NCBI RefSeq assembly: GCF_963921235.1
Contig: NC_086118.1
Location: 16,184,001 to 16,248,000, forward strand
Reading direction: 5' to 3'
Source: Mobula hypostoma
Lineage: Eukaryota
DNA length: 64,000 nucleotides
In this document: one piece after another, positions 38,690 to 52,199 of the stretch
How positions within the stretch are numbered: the first letter of the stretch is position 1
Layout: each line of letters starts with the position of its first letter
Program-made: the position numbers and the translations under genes
The notes under the pieces: model-generated
The model's input: the letters and a program-made list of their open reading frames with translations, nothing else
What the model was told of the DNA's origin: nothing
Database searches by the model: none

Positions 38690-40030
38690 GTGTCAAGACA
38701 CAGCAAAAATCTTATCTTGTATACTGTTCACATAGATCAAGTCATTACAGTGCACTGAAATAGTGCAAAGTTAAACAATAACAGAATAAAGCCACAATAA
38801 CAAAGAAAATGCAGAACAGATAGACAATAAAGTGCAATGAGGTAGATTGTGAGGTTAAGAGCACATCTTATTGTAATAGAGACCATTCAACAGTCTTATA
38901 ATAGTGGGGTTGAGCCCAGTAGTATGTACAAAATTTCAGATGTTGATGAGGAGGCATAAAGGAGCAAGATAGATCAACTGGTTGAGTGGTGTCACAGCAA
39001 CAAAATTGCACTCAACGTCAGTAAGACCAAAAATTGATAGTGGACTTCAGAAAGCAGAAGTCGAGGGAACACACATCAATCCACAGAGGGATCAGAACTG
39101 GAAAAGGTGAGCAGTTTCAAGTTCCTGGGTGTCAACATCTAAGTATCTATTCTGGGCCCAACATTTTGATGCAATTACCAAGGAGGCACAACAGCGGCTG
39201 TACCTCTTAAGGAGTTTGAGGGGAATTGGCATGTCACCAAAGATGCTCACAAATTTCTACAGATGTACCATGGAGAGAATGCTAACTGGTTGCACCACTG
39301 TCTAGTATGGAGGGTTTACTGCACAGGATCAGAAAAGGCTGCAGAAAGTTGTACACTCAGCCAGCTCCATCAGAGATACTTGCTTCCCCAGCATCCAGGA
39401 CACCTTCAAAATGTGATGCCTCAAAAAGGCAGCATCCATCATTAAGGACCCCTATCACTCAACACATCGTCTTCTTATTTCTACCATCAAGGAGGTACAG
39501 AAGCCTGAAGAGACACTCAACATTTCAGGAATAGCTTCTTCCCCTCTGCCATCAGATTTCTGAATGGACAATCAACCCATGAACAGTTCCTGTTTTTCCC
39601 CCCTTTCCTTCTCTTTTTGCACTACTTTTTTTTTAACATACATTTCTTATTGTAATTTATAGCATATTACCTTGTATTACTATTTTAATACAATCTATAA
39701 AATGACAAATTTCATGACATACGCCAGTGATATTAATCCCCATTCAGATTCTGCTTTCAGGCTTTCGTATTTTCTGCTTAATGGACAAAGAGAGAAAAGA
39801 AAATGTCTGGGGTGGGCGAAGTCTTTGATTATGCTGGCTGCTTTATTGAAGCAATGAGAAATGTGGATAGAGTCCATAAAAGGGAGACTGATTTCTTGAT
39901 GTGCTGAGCTGTGTCACAACTCAATGCAGTTTCTTGTGGTCACAGCCAGAGCAGTTGCCATACAAGTTGCAATGTAACCAGATACTGTTTTCAATAAAAA
40001 TAGGTAAGGGTAGATGCATCTATGCTAAAT
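38690..40030. mobile_element. Nested Rex1/L2-like LINE fragments: plus-strand copy (about 38928-39751) inside a minus-strand copy
   Basis: The plus copy has FKFLGVNI and AQQRLYLLRSLR remnants and a gattctg tail; the minus-strand host continues on both sides. Boundaries approximate. Confidence 0.7.
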
Positions 40031-41137
40031 TTTTTGTCAAAGCTAATTGAAGCAAATTGTAAATACCTAAACATGTTTGCAAATAACTAAAACCAAGGCA
40101 AACTTAAAAGCAGGAACTTTACTTTCCCCTTACCTCAATGCCAGCAGTTCCATTCAGAACAGAGATCCAGCACAATTGTGTAAATGTGACAGTACATAAT
40201 GGAATTTACTTTTCTAGAAAAGGAACTTTAGTTCTTCCAGTTTGATGGTAACAATGGACTTCCATTAATTCCATAATTATTCCTTTTAGACTTAGCAAGT
40301 TTGCTCATTTATCATGAGTTTAAAAGAATCTTGGCACTCAACAAATCAAAGCAGGAAATGAATTAATGACTCATTATGATGCTTAGCGAAAGCAAACTAA
40401 TGAGATATACTGAATGTTAGGAATTTAAAAACTGTAGGTAATCGTTAGACTAGGTTTTGTTTTCAAAAAATTACCACAAATTACCAAAATATTTGTTGAC
40501 TTTACATCTATCATAACAATTATATAATCTATTGATCCTTTTTGAACAAGTCCCTTTACAAATGCTATTCATTGCATTTCACACTCTTTAGGCATGCTAC
40601 ATTTCCCAAGGTTACTTTCCATCAATGTGCCAATTAAGAGGTTTAGGCAACTCAAACTCTTCACAGTAATCTAATTAGTGGTTCTCAGTCTTTTTCTGTA
40701 TGTGGCTCATTTGTGACATTCATTTATCTCTGTGGCCCCCACCCTCCATTGTCCGTTAGTTACTTAAGTTTCTATTTGGTCAGCTGTATTATTCTAATAC
40801 ACTGTAAATATTTATGGTTCAACAGATTATAGGCACTACAAAATATCAAATATAATATTACACATGTATATGGAAAAAAAATTCTAAGCTCTGAATACGA
40901 TACTTTGAGAAAATTAGTAATTCAGCGCTGTGGCTGAATTATAATAAATATAATCGCACATGGAAAAAGTACCAATTTTGAATATATGTGTAAAAATAAA
41001 GCTAACTTTTAAAGAAAATGCTTTTGAAAAATACTAGTATATATGCAAATTCTATTTGGCAATAAAGGGTGTGTACTCACCAAGAGAAGTGAATTGAACT
41101 CTTTTCAAAATATGATAGTATCAGGGATTTAATGGAA

Positions 41138-41328
41138 CACTCACAACATGCTGGAGCAACTCAGCAGGTCGGACAGCATCCATGGAAAAATCGGTCGACA
41201 TTTCGGGCTGGAACCCTTCGTCAGAAACGTCGACCGATCTTTTCCACGGATGCTACTCGACCTGCCGAGTTCCTCCAGCGTGTTGTGAGTGTTGCTTTGA
41301 CCTCAGCATCCGCAGATTATTTTGTGTT
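41138..41328. mobile_element. 191-bp palindromic Penelope-derived mini-element
   Basis: 15-bp TSD AGGGATTTAATGGAA (41123-41137 / 41329-41343); inverted arms 41138-41204 and 41224-41291. Confidence 0.9.
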
Positions 41329-44300
41329 AGGGATTTAATGGAAGTTGCAGTGGTAGATAGGGATGCAGTGTTAACCTCACGTTCTCACCTCTCTGGAGTT
41401 TAGCCATTCCTAGCAGATGACTCCACTGGAGTAACTGCAGCCTTCATGCCGCATCTTATAAGTATTAAAATACAGACGGGTCAGTGGAAGGCAAACAGAA
41501 CTAACCTCCTGTTGCAAATTCGCTGACTGGCCTTGCTGCAGACAGCCAGCCCCACCTGCAGTTTGCAGTTTGCAATTTGGGGGTGAATGTGGAGCGGGGC
41601 CCGCTGTACAGGATGTGTGTGGTGATTTGTGTGTGGTCAAGCAGGAGCAGAGAAAACAACTGATTTGCTGCAACCCCCATGCCACATTATGGCAGGGCAC
41701 TGTTAAGTTACTAGCAGACTTGATACGTTGTACAATTTTGGCACAGCATGACAAAATTCAAGTTAAGCTTTACAGTCTTTAAATCTAGGAACATGATAAG
41801 TAGCCTGAAAGATCTTACAAGCATTGAAAGCCTACAACACAATACAGGCCCTTCGGCCCAAAATGCTGTGCCAAACATGTACCCAAGATAGATCTTAGGT
41901 GAACAGGTTTTGACAAATGACTTTGTAAAAACAGAGGATATAAAATATGGCTCATTTATGTTTAAAATGATATTACAAATGATAAACTACTCCAGCTTTA
42001 ACATGTTTCAGCAGAACTTCAATTATTTTGATTTACACTGTAAACTCTCAAAATAACTTTGGGCCAGATACATGCAGATGTGCAATTTAAATCCATGAGA
42101 ATCTCTGCCATTTAGAACTAAAAAAGAATGCTTCAACTCTTTCCCAATAATTGAGTAGATGTTTTAATTGAAACTAATTGTTAAATTGATTAAACTTGAC
42201 AAATATGAGTTACACAGGGATAAAGCATGTTATTGATATATTTACTTTTATCACTGAGATTTGCTTCTCATTTTAACATGGTGGGGCTAGATATGGAAAA
42301 TCCTGACTAGGCTTTCCACTGTTGAGAGGCTCCAGGTTTGACTGACTGGGTCTGCTCTTCCCCAAGGAGCTATTCTCTAAAATTCTCAAGAGCCCTGTCA
42401 AAAAAAAAAGCATACCCAAAGCATTAAGGCAGATCTCATCTAATTTTACATTTGCATAGGTAACGTAACACTCAAATTTTCCTTTCCTTCACCTGAAGTG
42501 TAATTAAGTTAACAAATGTAAATGCATTGCGTACTAGCACCTTGCTTACTCTAAGTTTTTGCATAATTATCAATTTATTTAATATTCTGCAGATTAAAAT
42601 GTATATTGTCATAAGATCTTAAATGGAAAGTTATTTTAAATAAACACTAGGTCAGTTGCCACTCTCCATGAGCTATTCAGTGCAAGATTACTAAATACTC
42701 AAAGCATAACAGAACTATTATGATAACAAAAAGCTCAACTTACTTTCAAAGATCACCGTCACTAACAAGAATATAATGAAATTACTTCATGCTAAAATTG
42801 TTATCGTAACTGGATGCTGCGCTGCTGGCTGCCCCCTGCTTAGAGCTGCGAACTAAAACTGATGGCATAACTAATTGAAGCAAAAATAATTGCACAAGCA
42901 GAAACCTGACAGATTTCAACTCTGATGATAGGTTTTCCTTGACACTGACAAAACAAAATTAGAGACCATGTCTTTAACTTCAATGTTGTGCTCAACAGAA
43001 ACTTGCTACAAGATGGTGGCTATTAACTCAGCTTTGGACCTACTTCCAAAATAGTGGATAGTTGAATAGATAGAAGAAAAACAGATTTAAGTGTTGTGGC
43101 AGAGAAAAAGAATAGCAACATAAAATCAAAGTGAACTAAAAAAAGGAAAGACAGGAAAAACCAAACACTATAAGCTCAATGGATTTAAAAAAATAAATGG
43201 TTTTATTTATTACAGTGCAAACCAATGCAGTTTAGAAAAGGGAGCCTCACCTAAAAACTGAAACACGAATAGTGAATATTTACATTCTTCAAGAATTAAG
43301 GTATTGCACTTAAATTGTAAAACAATTAAAGTCAAGTAATTCCAATTAATGCAGAACAGGACTACGAGATAATATTCAGTGCGATCCAAGAGTTCAGTCT
43401 TAAAACATTCAGTTTTCATATTATGTAAAACTAATACTATGATAATCCAAATACTATGGTCGAGAATTGAGGAAAAACTGACAGTTGATTTTCAAAGCTA
43501 TCCCAAAGTGATATACACAATGACAAATAAAACAGGTACTGTGTCCAACGCACAATACCACTAACAAGGTTATTAATAAACAGCTTTAAAGTAATAACAA
43601 CTTCCAAAAGCACTAACGGGGCCAATCAGACAAAAAGACAACGTTTAAAATCAAATAAAAAGCTTTGTCATGCAGTCAGGAGGGAAGTAAAGCAACAAAT
43701 ACAGGAAGTGGAGATGCCTTAGCATCTGAACACCAGAATGAGAATTAAGATAAGCAGCCGGTGAATCTGCAGCTAATATTACTCATTCAACACAGATGAT
43801 GTAAAAAGAACTAATACCAGCTCAAGAACTGAGCTGCAAGATTTTGGATAAGCTTGTTTAAGGATAGAAGGTCGCAGAATAGTGAAGTAGTTGAGTCTGA
43901 AGAGAACAAGGAACAGCACTTGTAAGTAATCTTTGGCACTGCACTGAAAATATGCAAGCATCTGAAGCAATCTATGGTTTAACTGAGTTGAGTTATGAGG
44001 AAAAGTAAGGACAAGTTGTAGTACTTCAATTGCAAACTATCCTTATATTACAATCATGTTCAAATGAGTTACATTTTGATGTATGAATTATTTAATATTT
44101 AATGATCACAGAAATTAATGTGTGCAAGTTTTATCGTTGGGTATCAATCTATAAATAACTAAATTGAGTTACCATTTTAGTACTTTAGTCACTCCAATAT
44201 TTGTTTTATAGGCATTTACAACTACTCAAAACCATTGTGCTTAAATAGCTTTTGTAAGTATAGTGAATAAGGCTAATTTCACACTACTTAATCACAATAG

Positions 44301-45119
44301 ACTAAAATTAGAAAATTACATTGTATCTGGGCATAGAGAAAATTTACATATTTTTTCATAAACCCAATGAACCTAAGAGTCAACAATTAAGATATTATAA
44401 AAGAAAAAAAAATCTACAGATGCTGGAAATCTGAAATGATGTCCCCAGCATTTTCTAGGTTTAAGCAACACATCTACTGTCAATGACCCTTTATCAGAAC
44501 TGACCATTGACTGGAAATGACAACTCCTCCATTGTCCATCTGTATGTCTACTCCAGCACCTAATGAAGTACATCAAAGAAAAGAGGGATGGAAAGTGCCA
44601 GAGCTTTGTTAAAGGAGACTATACTTTTGATAAACAATGCCATAATACAAAATTGTCATTTCATTTCAGAAATCTCACCAGTAAGATGTCCTTACATGTC
44701 AGTTACCTTTCTATTACCTTAACCTTATAACATGATATGGCTGTTTGCTCACATGCAAGCTGGCATGGACCAGTCACATTAGTCCCATTAACCTCACCAT
44801 ATTTCCCCGAGGTAATGCAACTTCTTCCCTTACATACATGCTGAGCTTCCATTTGATTCTTTTTTAATCACTGAACTACACCAAAGGGAGAGCACCTCTT
44901 TGCTTAGATAACATACACAGCTTAATAAACAAGAATGAAGTTTTGTTTTGTTGTGTGCCAATGACTGTAAATATTCTCCCTTTTATCAACAGCACAACCA
45001 TAATTACCAGACACCGTAAAATAAATACAGATGGGGAAAAATAAGTTTGTGGAATATGCTTTCAATGGATCTATTATCTTTTAAAGCATTTTTGAAGCAA
45101 TAAATATCTATTAATTTAG

Positions 45120-45340
45120 ATATTTGGTAGTGCTGTTGCCTTTCAATTCAAGTGACCCAGGTTCAATCCTGATCTCTGGTGCTGTCCATATTGAGTTTTC
45201 ATATTCTCTACGTAATTACACACAGTTCTTGCAGTATGTAGGTTTCTCTCATATCCCAAAGATAAGTTGTTTGGTAAGTTAATTGGCTATTGCAAATTAT
45301 CCCTAAAACAGGAGGGCAGTTAGGGAATCTGGTGAGTCAA
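45120..45340 (+). mobile_element. Decayed V-SINE-like element
   Basis: gacccaggttcaatcctga B-box region and atatcccaaagat...ggtaagttaattggct core. Confidence 0.6.
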
Positions 45341-47095
45341 TAAGAACATAGAATAGTACAGGCCCTTCGGCCCACAATGTTGTGCTGACCGTTAAACCCT
45401 GCCTCCCATATAACCCCCGCCCACCTTAAATTCCTCCATATACCTGTCTAGTAGTCTCTTAAATTTCACTAGTATATCTGCCTCCACCATTGACTCAGGC
45501 AGTGCATTCCACGCAACCAACCACTCCCTGAGTAAAAAACCTTCCTCTAATATCCCCCGTGAACTTCCCACCCCTTACCTTTAAGCCATGTCCTCTTGTA
45601 TTGAGCAGTGGTGCCCTGGGGAAGAGGCGCTGGCTGTCCACTCTATCTATTCCTCTTAATATCTTGTATACCTCTATCATGTCTCCTCTCATCCTCCTTC
45701 TCTCTAAAGAGTAAAGCCTTAGTTCCCTTAATCTCTCATCATAATGCATACTCTCTAAACCAGGCAGCATCCTGGTAAATCTCCTCCGTACCCTCTTCCA
45801 ATGCTTCCACATCCTTCCTATAGTGAGGCAACCAGAACTGGACACAGTACTCCAAGTGTGGCCTAACCAGAGTTTTATAGAGCTGCACCATTACCTCGAG
45901 ACTCTTAAACTCTATCCCTCGACTTATGAAAGCTAACACCCCATAAGCTCTCTTAACTACCCTATCTACCTGTGAGGCAACTTTCAGGGATCTGTGGACA
46001 TGTACCCCCAGATCCCTCTGCTCCTCCACACTACCAAGTATCCTGCCATTTACTTTGTACTCTGCCTTGGAGTTCCAAAGTGTACCAGCTCACACTTCTC
46101 TGGATTGAACTCCATCTGCCACGTCTCAGCCCACTCCTGCATCCTATCAATATCTCTCTGCAATCTTCAACAATCCTCTACACTATCTACATCACCACCA
46201 ACCTTTGTGTCGCCTGCAAACTTGCCAACCCACCCTTCTACCCCCACATCCAGGTCGTTAATAAAAATCACAAGAAGTAGAGGTCCCAGAACCAATCCTT
46301 GTAGGACACCACTAGTCACAACCCTCCAATCCGAATGTACTCCCTCCACCATGACCCTCTGCTTTCTGCAGGCAAGCCAATTCTGAATCCACCTGACCAA
46401 ACTTCCCTGGATCCCATCCCTTCTGACTTCCTGAATAAGCCTACCATATGGAACCTTGTCAAATTCCTTACTAAAATCCATGTAGATCACATCCACTGCA
46501 CTACCATCATCCTGGTCACCTCCTCAAAGAACTCTATCAGGCTTGTTAGACACGATCTGCCCTTCACAAAGTCATGCTGACTGTCCCTGATCAGACCATG
46601 ATTCTCTAAATGTCCACAGATCCCATCTCTAAGAATCTTTTCCAACAGCTTTCCCACCACAGATGTAAGGCTCACTGGTCTATAATTACCCGGACTATCC
46701 CTACTACCTTTTTTGAACGAGCGGGCAACATTCGCCTCCCTCCAATCCTCTGGTACCATTCCCGTAGACAACGAGGACATAAAGATCCTAGCCAGAGGCT
46801 CAATAATCTCTTCCCTTGCCTCGTGGAGCAGCCTGGGGAATATTCCGTCAGGCCTCGGGGACTTATCCATCCTAATGTATTTTAACAACTCCAACAACTC
46901 CTCTCCCTTGATATCGACATGCTCTAGAACATTAACCCCACTCATATTGTCCTCACCGTCATCAAGTTCCCTCTCATTGGTGAATACTGGAATTATTCAT
47001 TGAGGACCTTGCTCACTTCCACAGCCTCCAGGCACATCTTCCCACTTTTATCTCTAATCGGTCCTACCTTTACTGCTGTCATCTTTTTGTTCTTC
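45341..47095 (-). mobile_element. CR1 LINE, 5'-truncated
   Basis: ORFs 46487..46945, 46167..46496, 45739..46029 and 45495..45845 with CR1 RT motifs; 3' tail at about 45345. Confidence 0.93.
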
Positions 47096-47330
47096 TCAAA
47101 AGCATGACCATGAGTGAAAACAGATTACAAGTGAGGCAAGTGTACTGGAGAGAGAGTTCCAAAATGCTTGAACAGATCTGAAGGGCGCCTATTGAAAGTA
47201 AAGAAACTTTAAAGCAGAGGAAAAACAGAAATTATTTTCTCCAAGTGCTCTTATTTCCTCACATTCCAAAAGAAATGTTAACTGGTAGGTTAATCAACTA
47301 GGATAAATTGTCTCTAGTAAGGAAGTGAGT

Positions 47331-47475
47331 TGTCCGGCTGCTGGCACAGTGACATCAGCACCAGACTCCGGAGCGATGGTTCCCGAGTTCGAACCCAGTC
47401 GGGCCACTCCCGGGCGCGCTTTCCATCTGTGCCAGGTTGAGTGTCGAGCTCGCAACTCAGCTTCATTAAAAAAAA
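47331..47475 (+). mobile_element. tRNA-derived SINE (second family)
   Basis: A-box-like tggcacagtg, B-box gagttcgaaccc, body cgctttccatctgtgc...gagctcgcaactcagc, A-run; homologous to 59925-60110 (minus). Confidence 0.7.
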
Positions 47476-47849
47476 GACTGCGCTGTGAGAAGGACATGGG
47501 GGAGCACTCACAGAATCTCCCTTCCAAGACAACCACTTGAAAAGTGGGGCCAAGGCTCTGCTACAAACAAAAGGAAGCGAGTGGGATGACCTGGGAAGAA
47601 CATGAGGGGATATAAACATGGGACTGATTTTTGATTAGTCTTAATAGGTAGTTGCTGACTTGCTATGCCAAAGGGCAATTTGTTATATTAGATTGCTCCA
47701 TAAATACTTAGAAATGATAAAAAGGGATTAGATATGCAGATAAATTTATTACAAGATAGTCAAATTTTTACATACACAAATTCTTAAGTTAGAAATGGGT
47801 TGATAACACTAGAAAAATTCACTAAGTTCAAAATTAGAACCAATGTTTA

Positions 47850-48300
47850 CAGACAACATTTACAGGGATGTTGTCAGGATTTGTGGACCTGAGTTTTCGG
47901 GAAAGAATGAATTGGTCAGGAACGTAGAAGAATGAGGGGAAATTTAATAGAGGGATAGTAAATTATGAGAGGTCTAGATAAGGTAGATGCAAGCAGGCTT
48001 TTTCCACTGTGTTTTGGTAAGACTTGAAGTAGAGGTCATAGGTTAATGGTGAAAGAGAAATGTTTAAGGGGAACTACTTCACTCAGAGGGTGATGTGAGA
48101 GTGGATCGAGCTGCCAGTGGAAGTGATGGCTGTGGGTTCAATTGCTACATTTAGAGAAGTTTGGATAAGTACATGGATGGTAGGGATAGTAAGCATTATG
48201 GTCCAAGTATGGATCAATGGGTCCAGGCAGAATAACAGCTTGGCATGGACAGGTTGGGCTGAAGGGCCGTGTTTATGTGTTGTACTGTTCTATGACTACA
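47850..48300 (+). repeat. CR1 3' fragment
   Basis: agaagaatgaggggaaatttaatagag and tgggctgaagggccgtgttt...tgttctatgacta tail. Confidence 0.75.
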
Positions 48301-48859
48301 TTTATAATATAACAACAATGACATCTAATTTCAGATATCTGGGTCCCACAAAGAGCAATGTGATAATGATCAGATGCTGTCTTTTTAAGACATGTTGACT
48401 TCAGACTGTCCAGGGCATCAAGGATAAATGCCCTCCACTTCCCAAAGTAGTTGTTTGGGACTGTTTAGGCTTGTTTGATGGTGCAGTCATAATTGGGGTT
48501 TTACACCTCATCATAAAGACAATGCTATTGACTATGAATGAAGCATTCCTCCACTGCACTAGCACAAATTTAAGAATTTCATGATCAAGTCTTTCAAGAG
48601 ACTTTAATCCACAACCTTTAATTTAACATAGACCATAGAATAGTACAGCACCTTACAGACCCTTCGGCCCACAATGTTTAAATAAGCCCTAGAAACAAAT
48701 GGCAAAAAAATGCAAAGCATGATGCTGAAGTTGGAGATAATTGAAAATCAGTACAGATGAAGTACAATTTCTTCTTCTGGTATTCCATGGAGTTATAAAG
48801 GGAAATGCAAGTTGAATCATATCACTTCTTGGACTGAGTGACATTTGGTTCATAAAAGC

Positions 48860-49215
48860 ATTAGGTGATTCTGCTCTCATCTCTTTTCTCCACTTCTCAT
48901 TATCCCAACCTTAATTTACCTTCCTTGCCTACTCCTCCTTTTTTCCTCCAATCATACACATACACCTTCTTCTATGGTCCACTCTCCTCTCCTATCAGAT
49001 TCCTTCCTCTCCATCTTTTCTACCCACCTGGCTTCACCTATCACTTTCTAGCTATCCTCCTTCCCCTCCTCCCCCACCTTCTTATTCTGATGTCTTCTCT
49101 CTTCCTTGCCAATCCTGAAGGACGGAATCCACCGAATCATCAAGTGTTTATTCATTTCCATAGATACTGCCCTGACCTGCTGAGTTCCTCCAGCATTTTG
49201 AGGGTGCTGCATCAA
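48860..49215 (+). repeat. Penelope 3' fragment
   Basis: Similar to 17870-18322 (cctatcagattccttc, cacctggcttcacctat, gacctgctgagttcctccagcattttg). Confidence 0.75.
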
Positions 49216-50154
49216 GTTCAAAATCATGGAACCAAGATACTGAAGATGTAACAATAATGTGTGACAACTGGACCGTGTTGTTTATGGTAATGTACAGTGT
49301 TTCATGGAACACTGAAACCATGGAACTAATCAGATATACCTTACGACTTCAAAAATAAACCAGCATTTCATAAATAAATTGTACTATACCAACCAGTAGC
49401 TAAATAATGTTTCCATTTTAATAGCCAGGCAAGACAATTGACTCATATGCAGGTCAACAGGTAGTTAGGAAAGCTAACAATGTTATCACAGCCTGGGGAA
49501 CTGAAGTTGAAGGAAATTACATTTCTTTTCTCAGGACATTAGAGAGACCACATCTGGACTTTTGTAAAGCGTGGACTTATCAGCAACTATAGTTTCCTTC
49601 TCTAAGGAAGATGTTAATGCAGTTCAGGTTTATAAATCTACTACCAGGAATGCATGGATTGTTCTCAAGGAAAAATTGGATGGCCTAGTTTTGTATTCAC
49701 TTCGAAGTACATCATAAAAGATCTTTTGACACGATGAATGTGGAGGAAATGTTTCCTTTGAGTGTCAAAACTAACAATCATTGTTTAAAAATAAGGTATG
49801 ACCCATTAAAGTCAGATGAAGAAATTTTTGTGTAATGCCTGGGTCTTTTCGTCAGAGGGTGGGTGAGTATTTTTAAAAGCAGGGTGCTAGATAATAAAGC
49901 AAAGAGGGATGAGGGTGAAAGAATACTGCAGGTAAAAGGAAATTCAGGCTTCAAGCCTGAATTAAGTGCCCTACAATTCCTAATGCATAATAAAATCCAA
50001 ACAAATCTTCCTCACTCTTCTCAATGTATCTGTTGGTTACAGAATCTGAGCTTCACAGGCTATAAATATAAACATAATTCAGATTAATTACATGTTCAAT
50101 AACAGGTCCAATAATTACAGTTCTATGTTTCACATTATGCAAATCCAAACAAAC

Positions 50155-50253
50155 CTTGTTCGTTTCATTTCCAATGATATGAAGTCTTCATCCACAGGAG
50201 CTGAAAGTTCCAAAGATCCAAGGTCTGGGCCCTGTTTTTGGGTGGGCCTGGAC
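50155..50253 (-). CDS. Candidate alternative (cassette) exon of MAP2K4, 99 nt, phase 2-2
   Basis: tattttctgcag|G TCC AGG ... CGA ACA AG|gtttgt. Length is divisible by 3 and it is stop-free in the frame set by the flanking exons. Confidence 0.55.
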
Positions 50254-52199
50254 CTGCAGAAAATATCAGTGTAAAATCTAACAGACTAATTGAAAAAGTG
50301 GCAAACGTTAGCACTGTAAGTTCAGTTTTTTTTTAAAAAGTTAATGGAAATGGTTGTCAAAAGTTAAAGCTGATGGTTTTAGTACAATACTGACCTTCCA
50401 AACTAAATTTTAACGGCTTTAGAAGATTCTATGAACTATACGTTCCCAAGAGATTTAAAACAAAACACCTTTACAACACTGTTAGATGTGAATACAAACT
50501 CTGAAAAGCCCAACCCAAGAGATAACCAGTGGAAAATTCAAAGTCACACTAAATAAATTAAACTATAACAAAAAAAAACTGACGAGAATCTCCGATGATT
50601 ATTTTTCATCCTCCAGTACAAGTTCACTGGTGGCAACCCTCAGAATTATCATCAATACTAGTATACTAATAAGCCAAATACCACCAGCCTTTTCTGCTCC
50701 TGGCTATATCATGATCTAACTCTATACACTTACCTTTATCTCATATTGCTTGGTATTTGTTTCATGGGTAGCTTTGCATAAACTACAATTTGCTGAAGAA
50801 TACTTAAAACTTCCATAAAACTACTCAACTGGACAAGTACTTTTCCTCACTTGATTCCTTTAAGATCTGGCTTTAAATTTGAATTGGGAGGTTGTAGGTA
50901 TCCTTAAAAAAATATTGATAAAATGATTGGGATTGAAAGGCAATAAATCTCAAATGGTTTACTTCCATTTCCTACATCCTTCAAAACCTTATTTTGATCA
51001 AATCAACTCATAACCTAACAGTGAGAACTGAAGCAGACTTCACATATGTCCTCACGTCAACCCTCTGAATCCAAGTTCCTTTCTGTTAGATCTGCACTGC
51101 ATCTATCCAGGACAAATCTCTAAGTGTGATGTCTAAATCTGCCCTCAATACTCCTGATATGGCCACAAGGGGGTTAACATTGTAACAACTCAAACTTATA
51201 ATTGAGCTCTCTGGAACAAAGGCCAAAATTCCATTGCTGTTTTGATTAGTTTTGCACCTGTAAACAATTCACGATGGAAGAACATAGGCCTCCAATACTT
51301 CAAATGTTCAGTTAATATTTTTCATTAATCCTGAGTTTGCACAAAAAAAACAATAAGCTGTCTGTTCCTTAGAAAACAGTCACACTTTCCTAACTTTTGG
51401 AAATCTCACGCTCAGCTTTTTAACTTCTTGCTTTCATTCCTTTAAGATGTTACTTAAAACTGACCCTCATGCTTTTAAGTCATGTGGTTTGATCCAATTT
51501 TGGCTGGCACCATTATCAAAAGCTACATATAAAGATGCCATGTTAATACAATTTGTTCACCAAACAAATTAAAATGCCATGCTTACACATGCATAAAATG
51601 GCATTATTACAGCTCCCCAATGGTATTCCTCTTACAAAATTGTGGGCATCCAGTGTAATCTCTGACCAAAGTGAAACCAATTTCCTTTCGGTGTTTTGTT
51701 GAATATTTCTTGGTGTTTTTAGAGGAGGAGATGGTGAAATTTCAATAAATAAATGATTAAAGATCATTGTCAAGCTATAGAATCAACTTAAAAAGGAAAA
51801 TGGACTTTGCTGGAGTACCTTCTACAAGAATAAAGAACAAAAGCCACTTATATACCCATTTGATTCAAATCTCAAAGGATAATTTGCTCAAGGACAGATT
51901 TTTCCACTCTTTATTCAGGGTAAACTCGAAGCTGTCAATCATTTCAATACATGGCACAGGAGAAGCCAAAAAAACACAACATATTGCAGGTTCCAGAAAG
52001 GAAAGCACAAACGACAAACGAGTGTGAATTGTCACGAATCTCCCCCTTTACGTTACTGATTTTGTCCCCACTTTTCTAAAATGGCAGGAATGGATGGAAA
52101 ATGTTTCTTAAAGCAAGTAATATTTACAGATAAGTACGCTGGGATTCCCTTCAATGCCTCCTAATGGATAGCTACAGTTGCTGAGATTTGCAGATTGTC

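Noticed and set aside
47331..47410. tRNA gene
   Set aside because: A and B boxes are present but there is no cloverleaf, and the sequence continues into a body shared with 59925-60110, so it is a SINE.
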